64,000 nt of DNA from an uncultured Verrucomicrobiae bacterium (lineage in GTDB: Bacteria; Verrucomicrobiota; Verrucomicrobiia; Chthoniobacterales; UBA10450): contig CAVTMK010000002.1 of the NCBI GenBank assembly GCA_963735805.1, positions 1,653,875 through 1,717,874 of the forward strand, given 5' to 3'. A program made the position numbers and the translations under genes. The notes under the pieces are model-generated. The model made no database searches. It was not told the origin of the DNA and saw only the letters and a program-made list of their open reading frames with translations. Below, in pieces: positions 11,567 to 21,296 of the stretch. The stretch's first letter is position 1, and each line of letters opens with the position of its first letter.

Positions 11567-11597
11567 AAAAAGCGGACGGCTTTTGTAAGCCGCCCGC
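11567..11597 (-). terminator. Intrinsic terminator after the sulfatase operon
   Basis: Minus strand gcgggcggctt-acaa-aagccgtccgc followed by TTTTT. Confidence 0.7.
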
Positions 11598-11614
11598 CAC
11601 TAAGGTCATTTCTG

Positions 11615-13276
11615 TTACTGGCCGGTCCCTTTGGCTGCCGCTTCCGCTTGGGCCATCTTTTTCGCCAGTTCCGCTTTCACGGCCTCGAGGTTGAAGCTCG
11701 CGCCCTTCTGCATCGGTGGGTATTCGATGAAGGTCTGGAGTTCTTTGCCGACGACCTGCTGAACGAACACGAAACGCCAGAACTGGAACTTGAACCAATC
11801 GAAGTATTGTTGCGCCCCTTCTTTCGTCCCCTCGTTAGGCCAGCCTTGCCGCTCGAACGGATCGAGACGCAGGTTGATCAGGTAGGGAATGTCCACTTGA
11901 GTCTTCGCACCAAGCCAGCCGTTGGGCTGGTCGATGAAACGATACTTGTAGTCGTCAATGCGAACCGCGCCGACTGTGCTTTCACCGAGGTAGAAGATTT
12001 CGTGACGGTTCGATGGGCCCTTGCCAGTAATGGCAGCCATCTGATCGTAGCCATCCAGGTGATTCTTATAAGTCCGGTCACCGAGTTTCACGCCCTTAAG
12101 CAATTGATTAGTGATGTCTGGGTTGCCGGCTGCATCGAGGAAGGTCGGAAACCAGTCCAGCCCGGAGAAGATACCGTTTTGCACTGAGTCAGCCGGAACA
12201 TGGCCAGGCCAGCGTAGGAGGCACGGCACTCGGAAACCACCTTCCATGACTGTCCCTTTGCTCTGTGCGAAAGGTGTCGTGCCGCCATCCGGCCAGGTGA
12301 AAAGTTCGGTACCGTTGTCGGTGGTGAAGACGACGATTGTGTTGTCATCAACGCCCATGTCCTTGAGCTTCTGCATGACCAGGCCGACATCGTCATCGAG
12401 CTGGGCCATGCCCGCTTCTTCTTCCGACCAGCCATTCTCCGAGTTGCGCATCTTCTCGTACTTGTCGGAAAGATGCGTCACAATGTGCATGCGCGTCGGG
12501 TTGAGCCAGCAGAAAAACGGCTTTCCGTCTTTCTGGGCCTTTTCGATGAACTGCAAGGCTAAGTCGCGAATCTCGTTATCCACGGTCTTCATCCGTTCGG
12601 GATAAAGCGTGCCGGCGTCCTCGATCTTTTGTTTGCCTATCTTACCCCAGCGCGGCATCACTGTTGGGTCGTCCGTGGTTGTTGCCCAGGAATGAACCAT
12701 GTTGCGCGGGCCGACCTTATCTAACAAGTCCTGCGGATAGTTAGGATGCGCCGGGTCTTCCATCGCGTCGAGGTGATAGAGATACCCGAAGAACTCGTCG
12801 AACCCATGGACAGTCGGCAGGAACTCATTGAGATCGCCCAGGTGGTTCTTGCCGAACTGGCCAGTTGCATAACCCTGCGCTTTCAGCGCCGTCGCTATCG
12901 TGCACGCCTCTGCTGGTATGCCAATTTTGGCACCAGCTTGACCGACAGTAGTCATGCCGGTACGAATGGGCAGCTCACCCATGATAAAGTTCGCCCGACC
13001 CGCTGTACAACTCGCCTCAGCGTAGTAATCGGTGAACAGCATGCCTTCCTTGGCAAGCTTATCGAGGTTCGGCGTCCGCCCGGCCATTAACCCGCGATGG
13101 TAGGCGCCTATGTTCCACATGCCGATGTCATCGCCCATGATGAACAGGATGTTGGGTTTCTTGTCTTGCGCCTGGGCTGGGACGATTGCGCCGAAAAGCG
13201 CAGCTGCGCTAGCCATAAGCAGCAACAAGCTGTCAGGCACCAAGTTTCGTTTTATTTTGGTTTTTGTTAGTTTCAT
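11615..13276 (-). CDS. Arylsulfatase (S1 family, CTAGR motif)
   Basis: Signal peptide; [32 protein letters not shown]. Confidence 0.93.
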   Translation of the reverse strand: MKLTKTKIKRNLVPDSLLLLMASAAALFGAIVPAQAQDKKPNILFIMGDDIGMWNIGAYHRGLMAGRTPNLDKLAKEGMLFTDYYAEASCTAGRANFIMGELPIRTGMTTVGQAGAKIGIPAEACTIATALKAQGYATGQFGKNHLGDLNEFLPTVHGFDEFFGYLYHLDAMEDPAHPNYPQDLLDKVGPRNMVHSWATTTDDPTVMPRWGKIGKQKIEDAGTLYPERMKTVDNEIRDLALQFIEKAQKDGKPFFCWLNPTRMHIVTHLSDKYEKMRNSENGWSEEEAGMAQLDDDVGLVMQKLKDMGVDDNTIVVFTTDNGTELFTWPDGGTTPFAQSKGTVMEGGFRVPCLLRWPGHVPADSVQNGIFSGLDWFPTFLDAAGNPDITNQLLKGVKLGDRTYKNHLDGYDQMAAITGKGPSNRHEIFYLGESTVGAVRIDDYKYRFIDQPNGWLGAKTQVDIPYLINLRLDPFERQGWPNEGTKEGAQQYFDWFKFQFWRFVFVQQVVGKELQTFIEYPPMQKGASFNLEAVKAELAKKMAQAEAAAKGTGQ

Positions 13277-13357
13277 TGTGGCTTTCTTGTTATTTGGTTT
13301 GGGTCTGTTCTCGTGATTCGTCCCCGCTCTTACGGGCTATGTCTTTAGCGAAGCCAA

Positions 13358-13385
13358 GCGGGCGGCCCGTTTTTGAGCCGCCCGC
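13358..13385. other. Intergenic GC-rich hairpin
   Basis: gcgggcggc-N10-gccgcccgc; same stem sequence as the 11567 terminator but with no clear U-tract. Confidence 0.5.
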
Positions 13386-13416
13386 GGTCGTTATCAATTC
13401 TTAGGATGGCTATCGA

Positions 13417-15132
13417 CTATTCGCTCGGGTGGTGCTTGGTCATCTCGTTCACTTGATCGAGCACCTGTTGAAGGTTGTAGCTTGCCGCCAACTGGAGCGG
13501 TGGAAAATCCACGTAGGATTTGAGCTCCTTGAACCACAGGAGCTGGCCGATGGGCAGGAGGTTCCAGTCATACAGATACGCCGTGCTAGGAGCGGCCAGG
13601 GCGCCGCCGATAGCCAACGCGCCCTTCTGATCTGCCCCGACGTTATTCTCGAACGGATCGCGCAGGATATTCTGGAGCTGAGTCCAGTGATAAGTCGTCG
13701 CCGGATTAAGTGCATCGACGCCGCTCGACCCCATCATGGTATAATAGAACTTCCAGTTCTTGTAGCGCACCGCCGAGGGTTCGCGACCCTGGTAATAGAA
13801 GAAGACATCGCGATTCGAGTGTTCAGACTTTCCGGTGAGATAGTCGATCTGGTTAAACCCATCGAGCTTGGTCTTGACGATGCCCTTGTACTTGCCCGCC
13901 ATGATCTCCTTGTTCAATTCCTCTCCTTTGAGGCCGCCGGCGATTTCCACGAACGTGGGCACCCAGTCCAACGAGGCAAACATTTCCTTGAAGATGGTGC
14001 CCGGCTTGATGACGCCCGGCCACCGGATAACGCATGGAGCGCGCATGCCGCCCTCCCAAGTCGTCAGCTTCCCGGCTTTGAACGGGGTGGTACCGCCGTC
14101 GGGGAAGGTCTGAACCTCGGCCCCGTTGTCGGTGGTGAAGACTACGATGGTGTTGTCGAGTTGACCCATGTCTTCGAGCTTCTGAAGGACAAGGCCGATG
14201 TTGTCGTCCATCTGCTTCATGCCGGCTTCGTTGATGCCCCAATCCTTGCCACCCTTGGTGCCCAGCATGTCCAGATACTTCTGCGACAGCACGGTCGTGA
14301 CGTGCATGCGGGCCGGGTTGTACCAGACGAAGAACGGCTTGTTAGTCTTCTTGGGATCGTTGCGGTCGAGGAAGTCAATCACGTGTGAGGAGATTTCTTC
14401 GTCCACCGTTTTCGACCGCTCCAGCGTGAGTGGACCTTCATCCTTGCCCGTCTGGTTCTTGGCCGTGCCGTCGGGAGACTTCATCCAAATGACAGGACGC
14501 GGCGGGGTCATGCAGGTGCCGAGCTTTGGGTCAACGCCGCCGGGTGGGTTCGGGATCCCAGGGATCGGAATCGTTGTGCACGGCGGCACGACGCCTTGTT
14601 CGGTCGGGCTCTTGTTGATGTCCGGGAAGCTCACCTGCTGCATTGCATCCAGGTGATACAGGTAACCCCAGAACTCCTGGAAGCCGTGTGCAGTCGGCAG
14701 TGAATCCGGATTATCGCCCAGATGGTTCTTGCCGAACTCACCGGTGGTATAGCCCAGATCGTACAGGAACTGGGCGAGCGCCGGCGTACCGGGGCGCAGG
14801 TAGGAAATGGCGCCCGGTAACTGCGGCAGGACCATGCCCGCGCGGTACGGGTGCATTCCGGTGAAGAAGGCGCAGCGCCCGGCGGTGCAGCTGGACTCGG
14901 CGTAGTAGTGCATGAACATGCCACCTTCTTTCGCGAGCCGGTCAATGTTCGGTGTTTCACCGACCATCAAGCCGCGATGATAGCAACTCGGCTGCATCCA
15001 GCCGATATCATCGCCCATGATGAACAGGATGTTGGGTTTCTTGTCTTGCGCCTGGGCCGGAGCAACCACGCACATTAGCGCGGCTATTCCACCTAGGATA
15101 GCGCAACTAGGACTAGTTAGCTTGCGTTTCAT
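13417..15132 (-). CDS. Arylsulfatase (S1 family, CTAGR motif)
   Basis: [34 protein letters not shown]. Confidence 0.93.
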   Translation of the reverse strand: MKRKLTSPSCAILGGIAALMCVVAPAQAQDKKPNILFIMGDDIGWMQPSCYHRGLMVGETPNIDRLAKEGGMFMHYYAESSCTAGRCAFFTGMHPYRAGMVLPQLPGAISYLRPGTPALAQFLYDLGYTTGEFGKNHLGDNPDSLPTAHGFQEFWGYLYHLDAMQQVSFPDINKSPTEQGVVPPCTTIPIPGIPNPPGGVDPKLGTCMTPPRPVIWMKSPDGTAKNQTGKDEGPLTLERSKTVDEEISSHVIDFLDRNDPKKTNKPFFVWYNPARMHVTTVLSQKYLDMLGTKGGKDWGINEAGMKQMDDNIGLVLQKLEDMGQLDNTIVVFTTDNGAEVQTFPDGGTTPFKAGKLTTWEGGMRAPCVIRWPGVIKPGTIFKEMFASLDWVPTFVEIAGGLKGEELNKEIMAGKYKGIVKTKLDGFNQIDYLTGKSEHSNRDVFFYYQGREPSAVRYKNWKFYYTMMGSSGVDALNPATTYHWTQLQNILRDPFENNVGADQKGALAIGGALAAPSTAYLYDWNLLPIGQLLWFKELKSYVDFPPLQLAASYNLQQVLDQVNEMTKHHPSE

Positions 15133-15221
15133 TAACGTGTTCCTTTCTGTATTCTTGGTTGTTGCAAGGTAAATTTTTCAAATGTTTAATGCTTTTGTGT
15201 TACTTGAGTTACGGTTCGCTT

Positions 15222-16898
15222 TTATCCGCCTGAAGGCACGGCTTTCGGCAGGTTTTGCGGGTCGAGCAGCGGCAGCGGGTTCTTAGGATGCTGCAGGTCC
15301 GGTATCAGGTCGTTCGATGCACCACCCGGGAAACGCTGGATACTCGGATACTTCATTATCGATTTGTCGAAATTTAATAGCGCAACCGAAAACAACCCGG
15401 CCGTCCAGCCGTTGTCTTCGCCAGCATATCGTCCCGGCGAGCTCTTCAACCCATTCATTTCACCTTCGGCTCCGTTGAAGATCATGTCGTATCTCTCAAA
15501 TGGATCCATAGTGAGGTTGTACACCGCCGGAATCGAACCCAGCCCCTGAGTCGGTCCGAGCCAGGAATCCTTTGCAGTCCAAACGAACTTCCACGCGATG
15601 TTTAGCCATGGCTCCTTGGAATCCCCGCCGATATCAACGCGTATGGCATTGAGATACTCGCCGTTAACGTAGATCCACGATTTGCGCGCGGAGTGCGGCG
15701 ACTTGCCCAGGATGTAGGCGCTGTTGTCGATGCTGTCGAAGTAGATCGGCTTGCCATTGTTGTCTTTCATTTCGCCTGTGGGCGGAGGAGTGATACCCGC
15801 CATCGCCGCCAGCGTTGACCAGCAATCGATGTGCGACATCATTTCGCCGTACTGCACATCCGCCGGAATGTGTCCGGGCCATGTCATGATGGCAGGCACA
15901 CGCCAGCCACCTTCGAACGCTGAACCCTTTTCTCCGCGGAACGGGGTGGTGCCGGCGTCAGGATAGGCATCAAGCCATGCGCCGTTGTCAGCAGTCAGGA
16001 TGACGATGGTGTTGGGCGCGTACTCCCGAATGGCATCCAGCACCTTACCAATGTCAGCGTCCATTTCCATCAGCGAATCGGAATAGTCACCCAAGTGCGA
16101 CTTGCCGCGGAAATCCGGCGCCGCATTGGTCGGGTTGTGCATCTTGATCCAGTTCACGTCCATGAAGAACGGTTTGCCTCCCGTGGCGTGAGTCTTGATG
16201 TAGTCCACTGCGTAGTCGGCCTGGCGCTCGTCCATCGTTGCCATATAATCATAGGTGATTGTGGCAACCTTCTTTGCGGGCTGGCCGGCCATGCCTTCCC
16301 ACTCACTCAGGTTCACAACGGAATCCCACATTTTTTCAAAGTCCGCGTTGTACGATGGAAACCAGGGATGGAACCACTTGCTGGTGTCAGGATAGGAATA
16401 GACGCCTGCGTAGTAAGCAGCGAACTCTTTCATCTCGTCGAAGCCATGATTGGTTGGATAGGCCACAGGTTTGTCGCCAAGATGCCACTTACCCGAAAAG
16501 TAGGTGGTGTAGCCGTTCTTTTTGAAGAACTCGGCGATGGTTGGAGTCTCGGGGCGAAGGTAATTCTCGTCACCCGGAGCCACCACGATCGACAGCGCCG
16601 AGCGGATCGGGATTCGCCCCGTGATGAAGGACGCGCGACCGGCGGTGCAGCTCGCCTGTCCGTACCAGCTGGTGAAGACGGCGCCCTCTTTAGCCATCCT
16701 GTCGATGTTGGGTGTGGGATGCCCGAGGCTCATCCCTCCTCCCGAGTAGGCACCAAAATCGTTCCATCCGGTGTCGTCGGTCATCAGCATGACGATGTTG
16801 GGTTTCTTGTCTTCCGCCTGAACTGGGGCGACCGCGCTGAAAAGCGCAGCCGTAGCTATAAGAAGCGATAGGCCGCTATGGATTAAGTTTCGTTTCAT
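15222..16898 (-). CDS. Arylsulfatase (S1 family, CTAGR motif)
   Basis: KPNIVMLMTDD; SCTAGR; GKWHLG; ADNG; FEGGWRVP. Confidence 0.93.
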   Translation of the reverse strand: MKRNLIHSGLSLLIATAALFSAVAPVQAEDKKPNIVMLMTDDTGWNDFGAYSGGGMSLGHPTPNIDRMAKEGAVFTSWYGQASCTAGRASFITGRIPIRSALSIVVAPGDENYLRPETPTIAEFFKKNGYTTYFSGKWHLGDKPVAYPTNHGFDEMKEFAAYYAGVYSYPDTSKWFHPWFPSYNADFEKMWDSVVNLSEWEGMAGQPAKKVATITYDYMATMDERQADYAVDYIKTHATGGKPFFMDVNWIKMHNPTNAAPDFRGKSHLGDYSDSLMEMDADIGKVLDAIREYAPNTIVILTADNGAWLDAYPDAGTTPFRGEKGSAFEGGWRVPAIMTWPGHIPADVQYGEMMSHIDCWSTLAAMAGITPPPTGEMKDNNGKPIYFDSIDNSAYILGKSPHSARKSWIYVNGEYLNAIRVDIGGDSKEPWLNIAWKFVWTAKDSWLGPTQGLGSIPAVYNLTMDPFERYDMIFNGAEGEMNGLKSSPGRYAGEDNGWTAGLFSVALLNFDKSIMKYPSIQRFPGGASNDLIPDLQHPKNPLPLLDPQNLPKAVPSGG

Positions 16899-16986
16899 TT
16901 TGGTTGTGTTGTTATCTGGTTTTGTGTCTGTGGAGGGATTGTTGAATTAAATGGTGTGACTCATGAAGTTTGATCAATCCTGCGTC

Positions 16987-17442
16987 CTAGAACCGCCCAA
17001 CGCCACCTATCCGTCCTACCCCTACCCCATAACCCATTCGCCCCCAGCCCATGCCCCAGCCACCCCATGTATCCCACTGCATTGCTGCGTCCTGATACGC
17101 CTCTGCAGTTTGGAGGTTCTCTTGTGCAAGCTGCTTTTGAGCACGCATTTGCTGATAAGCCTGGTACTCGTGCGGTCCACCCACATAGACCAGGTTCTGC
17201 GGCGGGTCCGCGACAATGTAGTAGGTTCTCCCGTTTTTTTGGATCGTGACGACCTGGCCGGTTTGAAGTTGTTTGAGCTTTTGCTGTTGCGCGGGCGTCT
17301 TGGGAGTGATCGTCTTAAAGCCGGCGGCTACGAGCATGTTCGCTTTTTCCTGCGTTATGGTCGTCGTGGTGGCGCACCCAGCCATCAACGCTAACAGAGC
17401 GATGATACTGATCGTGCTGAATAAGGTTTGTATCTGTTTCAT
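16987..17442 (-). CDS. Small lipoprotein, paralog 5
   Basis: MAGC lipobox; LVAAGFKTITPKTPAQQQ; VYVGGP..YQAYQ; Gly/Trp-rich tail. Confidence 0.8.
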   Translation of the reverse strand: MKQIQTLFSTISIIALLALMAGCATTTTITQEKANMLVAAGFKTITPKTPAQQQKLKQLQTGQVVTIQKNGRTYYIVADPPQNLVYVGGPHEYQAYQQMRAQKQLAQENLQTAEAYQDAAMQWDTWGGWGMGWGRMGYGVGVGRIGGVGRF

Positions 17443-17586
17443 GATTCTTGGTTCCTTGCAGGTTGATTTATTTTTGATTTGCCATCGACGGCCGATCGCA
17501 AGCACGCACGCCACCGATTCGCCCTTGGGTCCGTCCGAACTAAAGCCATCGAACGCTCATTTTGCCGGCGCGCGCCTTGCCGAACA

Positions 17587-17604
17587 ATAGGACTTTGGTC
17601 GTAC
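17587..17604 (-). promoter_or_regulatory. Regulator box, copy 3 (heads the lipoprotein plus three-sulfatase operon)
   Basis: ATAGGACTTTGGTCGTAC; TTGTTC-N17-CAAAAT. Confidence 0.7.
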
Positions 17605-17746
17605 CACGTTTGGCCGATCGCATTATTTCAAAACCGAGCAGGAGGGTGAAAGAATGAATCTTAGCGTGTAGGATGCCGTACTACATCGCCGTCTTAAGCT
17701 AAGGACTAATGTAATTGTTCTACGATTACTTGCGTATGTTGAAGGG

Positions 17747-18406
17747 TCAGATTCGGGGCAGATTAAGCAATTGCCACAGCGGAAAACAAAGCAAGAGGCA
17801 GGCCAGAATCATAAAAACGACGCGTGCGGTCTTAATGCGAAAGCGCTGTCCAATCGCCGTAATTAAAAGTACCGTAGCCAGGAGAACTGTGATGCGCACA
17901 TACTGATCTCCCGTTTCTCCGGACTTTGTGCCCTGATCCGCTATGTCCGTAGCCTGCTTGTTCAAATCAAGGAACTTCTCGTGCTTGGCGTCATGGTATT
18001 CGGGCATGAAGATTGGGCCCGGTGGCGCTTGCGTATTGTTGAAAGGATCGGTCTTCATCCAGGCCGTAAATGCGCGGCGATACTCGGCGCGAAAGCGCCG
18101 CTCCAAGAACTCCGCCTCTTTCTCCTTGCCGTCCAGCTTTGCAGCAAGCCAAGTATTGAAGGTATCGCTGTCGTAGATGCGTTCCTGTCCTGCCAGGGTG
18201 GCAAGGCCCTCCGCAGTAACCCTGAGCCGGCTTGCCTTGGCGTACTCCTCTGCGCGGTCTCCAGCCCATTTTGCTGCCTGATAACCGCTCCATGCCGTGG
18301 CCACGGCGACGAGAGCGAGTATCACCGCTTCGATAATTTCAATCGTTTCAAAATGGGACTGAGAAGAAGAGACGTTCTCGCGCACTTGATTTAGTTTTCT
18401 GATCAC
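17747..18406 (-). CDS. Membrane protein, DUF4337-like (1+2 TM)
   Basis: VATAWSGYQA N-terminal TM, helical periplasmic loop, two C-terminal TMs. Confidence 0.65.
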   Translation of the reverse strand: MIRKLNQVRENVSSSQSHFETIEIIEAVILALVAVATAWSGYQAAKWAGDRAEEYAKASRLRVTAEGLATLAGQERIYDSDTFNTWLAAKLDGKEKEAEFLERRFRAEYRRAFTAWMKTDPFNNTQAPPGPIFMPEYHDAKHEKFLDLNKQATDIADQGTKSGETGDQYVRITVLLATVLLITAIGQRFRIKTARVVFMILACLLLCFPLWQLLNLPRI

Positions 18407-18470
18407 ATAGCCCAGACCGGTCCAACTGACTCTAGCATAGCCAAACTATTCGCACGGAAATCACACCTGA

Positions 18471-19088
18471 CTACTGAGAGCTGCCCGGCATCAGGTGTTC
18501 GTCGATCCGTTTTGAGCTCGACGGAATCAAATGTCCGTCCTGATCGAAGCTAAGCTGGATGACCCAGTTGTAGACCGAACCGGGCCATTTCCCATTCGGC
18601 AGAAAGGTTTTGGGGTCTGCTCCCAATGCACCGACCAGAGCGGGAATGTATGGGTGACGCCAACAGATCAGAATCACTTTTCCCTGTTGGTTCGCACGCA
18701 AATCAGCCGCCAGTTCAGCGGACTGACTGTTGCCGAAACGCGTATCGATTTTCAATTTTGCCGTCTTCGCAAACGGTTCCAGTGTTAGACGCGGCCGGTG
18801 GCTTTTCTTTGAGTCTTTGGCAGCAAAAACTGCCTCGGGTTCCAGCCGCTTCGAATCGACGGCAAAATTTTGGAAGTAATTCTGGTATGCTTCAGCCCGC
18901 TTTTCGCCAAGAGGCGATATCCCGTCGCCGCTATCGGCGTCTTCCGCATGACGAATGATCAGTACGACTGAATTTTTTGGGCCATCTTGTGCATTCGCTG
19001 TTACTGCGAGCGTGAAACCAAAAAGGACGGCGATGAAGAGACATCTGTGCATCCAGGTCACGATGAGTCGCCCGCGGCAATCAAGCAA
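18471..19088 (-). CDS. Secreted histidine-phosphatase-fold protein
   Basis: Signal peptide; LIIRHAE motif; RPRLT; LICWRH. Confidence 0.72.
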   Translation of the reverse strand: MLDCRGRLIVTWMHRCLFIAVLFGFTLAVTANAQDGPKNSVVLIIRHAEDADSGDGISPLGEKRAEAYQNYFQNFAVDSKRLEPEAVFAAKDSKKSHRPRLTLEPFAKTAKLKIDTRFGNSQSAELAADLRANQQGKVILICWRHPYIPALVGALGADPKTFLPNGKWPGSVYNWVIQLSFDQDGHLIPSSSKRIDEHLMPGSSQ

Positions 19089-19090
19089 GC

Positions 19091-20014
19091 TTACACCACG
19101 TCAACGTTGATCTTGGAGACGTTGTGCTTCTTCAAGCTCGATCGCACTTCAGCCTCCAGTTGCATTGGGTCAATTCCGCTCGGGATATAGAGAAGAAACA
19201 CCATCTGTCCCTTGTCTTCATAGAGCGCAGAACTTTGAAGACGACATTTGTGGGACACGAGCAACGATTGCACCGTGCCAAAGACCGGCTTTGGATCTTC
19301 TCCGTCGTCGAGTCGGATCCTGACCCGGCAGCTCGAGTGCGAATCAAGCCAGAACAAAAGTAACCAGGTAAAAGCGGTAACGAACACGGCCATTGCCCAC
19401 GACCCCATACCGCAGGCTAGCCCAACGACCACAACTGTGATTGCTTTCCCAGTCAGTTTCGGATTGTCAAGCACGGTTCGAAATCGCAACAGCGCGCCGA
19501 TGCCGAAGATGACAAACGCGAGCGTCTGGCTGGTGCCGGTCAGTTCAGCGATCACCGCGCCAACCACTCCCAGGAGTATAAGAGCCTTGCGCTCCTCAAG
19601 GTCGGCCAGCGGATCGGCAAGTGACGCGCGACGCGGATGCCACGCGATCACCCAGGCGCAGCCCACCGCGAGCATGAGACTCAGGAAAAGGCGAAAGATG
19701 AAATCCGGATGCCCGAACTGTTCGATGCTCTGCTGGATCGACATCCATGAATTGCCCTTGGGATCTATGCCGCCCGTGACTCCGTGTTTAGCTAACTCTT
19801 CCGCCGGATTGGCGCCGAACGCTGCCGAGGATAAGACAGCAAGAAAGGCGATAACAAAAACAATACTGACAGTACGGAGTGCCGATCCAAGACGGCGATC
19901 CCCCCAAAGAGGACGCGATGATGTTTTATAAATGGAGCTGATCGGAATTTTTTCCTTTCGCATTTCGAGCTCACGGAAAATTACGCTCGACCTATTCATT
20001 TTCGCTGGAGTCAT
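19091..20014 (-). CDS. MgtC/DUF4956-like membrane protein
   Basis: LAFVIFGIGALLRFRT and GLACGMG motifs; C-terminal ACT-like domain. Confidence 0.65.
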   Translation of the reverse strand: MTPAKMNRSSVIFRELEMRKEKIPISSIYKTSSRPLWGDRRLGSALRTVSIVFVIAFLAVLSSAAFGANPAEELAKHGVTGGIDPKGNSWMSIQQSIEQFGHPDFIFRLFLSLMLAVGCAWVIAWHPRRASLADPLADLEERKALILLGVVGAVIAELTGTSQTLAFVIFGIGALLRFRTVLDNPKLTGKAITVVVVGLACGMGSWAMAVFVTAFTWLLLFWLDSHSSCRVRIRLDDGEDPKPVFGTVQSLLVSHKCRLQSSALYEDKGQMVFLLYIPSGIDPMQLEAEVRSSLKKHNVSKINVDVV

Positions 20015-20117
20015 TTTTCTTATTAACCGACCGCTGGCGCCAATTTACGCCGGTACACGGCTATCTCCCAGCATGCTACTGCGAGATTCACCGACCCGAC
20101 AAGATAAACTTTTCTAT

Positions 20118-20516
20118 TTAATAGGTTGGCACCGTCTGACCATGGTTTCTTACCAAAGCCAAGGTCTGTCCCGACCAGGCTGCAGTATAAGAATATGTCT
20201 GCCCTGCCTGTATTGTCAGGGTTTTTCGTCCTGGGTGCTTCCCGGCCTGATAGGGGTCAACGCGGATGGTAATCGTGTGTTGGCCCGCCGTTAAGTAGCC
20301 ACTGTAACTTCGGCCCTCGGTAAAGCTTCCCACATCCTTGCCATCTACAGACACGACAAGGCTGAGATCGCTTCCGAAGTTTGCGACCCGATTAATGAGC
20401 AGATGACCTGAATTCGGCGGTATTGGGCCGGTGGTCTGGTTAGTTGAACAACCTGCGAAGATCAGGCACGCGCATGCCGCAATGGCGATGTAAATGATTG
20501 AACTATATTTTTTCAT
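20118..20516 (-). CDS. Lipoprotein (DUF2846-like beta-sandwich)
   Basis: FAGC lipobox; VSVDGKDVG...AGQHTI...AGQTY. Confidence 0.7.
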   Translation of the reverse strand: MKKYSSIIYIAIAACACLIFAGCSTNQTTGPIPPNSGHLLINRVANFGSDLSLVVSVDGKDVGSFTEGRSYSGYLTAGQHTITIRVDPYQAGKHPGRKTLTIQAGQTYSYTAAWSGQTLALVRNHGQTVPTY

Positions 20517-20577
20517 GGGTTGGACTCCTTTGTTTTTTATGAGCAATATGGTGTGCTCGCGATGATTCTATCTGTCT

Positions 20578-20595
20578 ATAGGACCTTAGGGCAAT
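20578..20595 (-). promoter_or_regulatory. Regulator box, copy 4
   Basis: ATAGGACCTTAGGGCAAT about 60 bp upstream of 20516; -35 TAGACA, but the -10 at N17 is not a good match. Confidence 0.75.
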
Positions 20596-20655
20596 AGCGA
20601 AAACGGAGTCCTGGTAGGCGCTCGTGCCGTATCGGAGGGCCAATTCTTATTACCT

Positions 20656-20841
20656 TTATTTCCCGATCTGCTGCAACGCGTTCAGCATCGGTTCACTGGA
20701 AATCCCGATCAGGCCGCCGAAGGGCTCATCCAACTCCAGGATCAGGAAAATAGCGCCGGAAACGGCAAGCGCCGAGACCATCAAAGCGAGGATAGTAGTG
20801 GCATTGGGCGGCGCGAGCACGCTGAAGCCGAGGAAAATGAT
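20656..20841 (-). pseudogene. 3' remnant of a DUF4239 / bestrophin-like membrane protein
   Basis: Hand translation IIFLGFSVLAPPNATTILALMVSALAVSGAIFLILELDEPFGGLIGISSEPMLNALQQIGK*; no start codon. Confidence 0.65.
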
Positions 20842-21039
20842 TCAGCCATTCAAATCTGGAATCGCGCGCCACGTTAGCCCGCCATGCAGTGGCTTGGGCT
20901 CGGCTGAACCAGTCTGAATACGCCAGTAATTGACGCCCGGCATCTGTTCCACCTGCCAGCCGAAAACGCTCCGATAAAAATCAGCAAGCTTAGCTGGCTC
21001 TTCACCGTAGATTTCGAAGTGTGTTACGGACATTGTCAT
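20842..21039 (-). pseudogene. 5' half of a VOC/glyoxalase family protein
   Basis: VTHFEIYGEEPAKLADFYRSVFGW...HGG; truncated at about 65 aa. Confidence 0.75.
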
Positions 21040-21069
21040 TTAGTTTGTCACATCTGCGGTGAGATGCCT

Positions 21070-21088
21070 ATGGGACTTTTAGGGCAAT
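21070..21088 (-). promoter_or_regulatory. Regulator box, copy 5
   Basis: ATGGGACTTTTAGGGCAAT (one extra T); TAGGCA-N17-CAAACT. Confidence 0.75.
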
Positions 21089-21100
21089 GGCTGTCGCAGG

Positions 21101-21134
21101 CGTTAAATCATTAAATCGTTGAAGCGTTACAACG
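21101..21134. repeat. 8-bp tandem repeat (CGTTAAAT-like, 4 units)
   Basis: cgttaaat cattaaat cgttgaag cgttacaa cg. Confidence 0.65.
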
Positions 21135-21177
21135 GTAGATTACGTATAGATATTATGGGCGATAAGCTCATCAATGT

Positions 21178-21251
21178 TGTAGCCACGCCCCTGCGGGGCG
21201 TTTCTTTAGTTTGAGCGGTTGTTCCGGACGGCGCACAGCGCCGTGGCTACA
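21178..21251. repeat. REP doublet (REPIN-like, GTAG type)
   Basis: Terminal inverted repeats tgtagccacg / cgtggctaca, each arm with its own hairpin (acgccc-ctgcg-gggcgt; acggcgc-aca-gcgccgt). Confidence 0.7.
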
Positions 21252-21296
21252 GGACTTTGGATACTTAGCGATTCGCTGCTGGTAGTCGTCTCGCCG

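Noticed and set aside
20842..20844. In-frame TGA between the VOC and DUF4239 parts as selenocysteine or readthrough
   Set aside because: The two halves belong to unrelated families and each is incomplete; a deletion junction explains it better.
21249..21266. ACAGGACTTTGGATACTT resembling the regulator box
   Set aside because: Only the half-site matches, it overlaps the REP end, and there is no matching -10.
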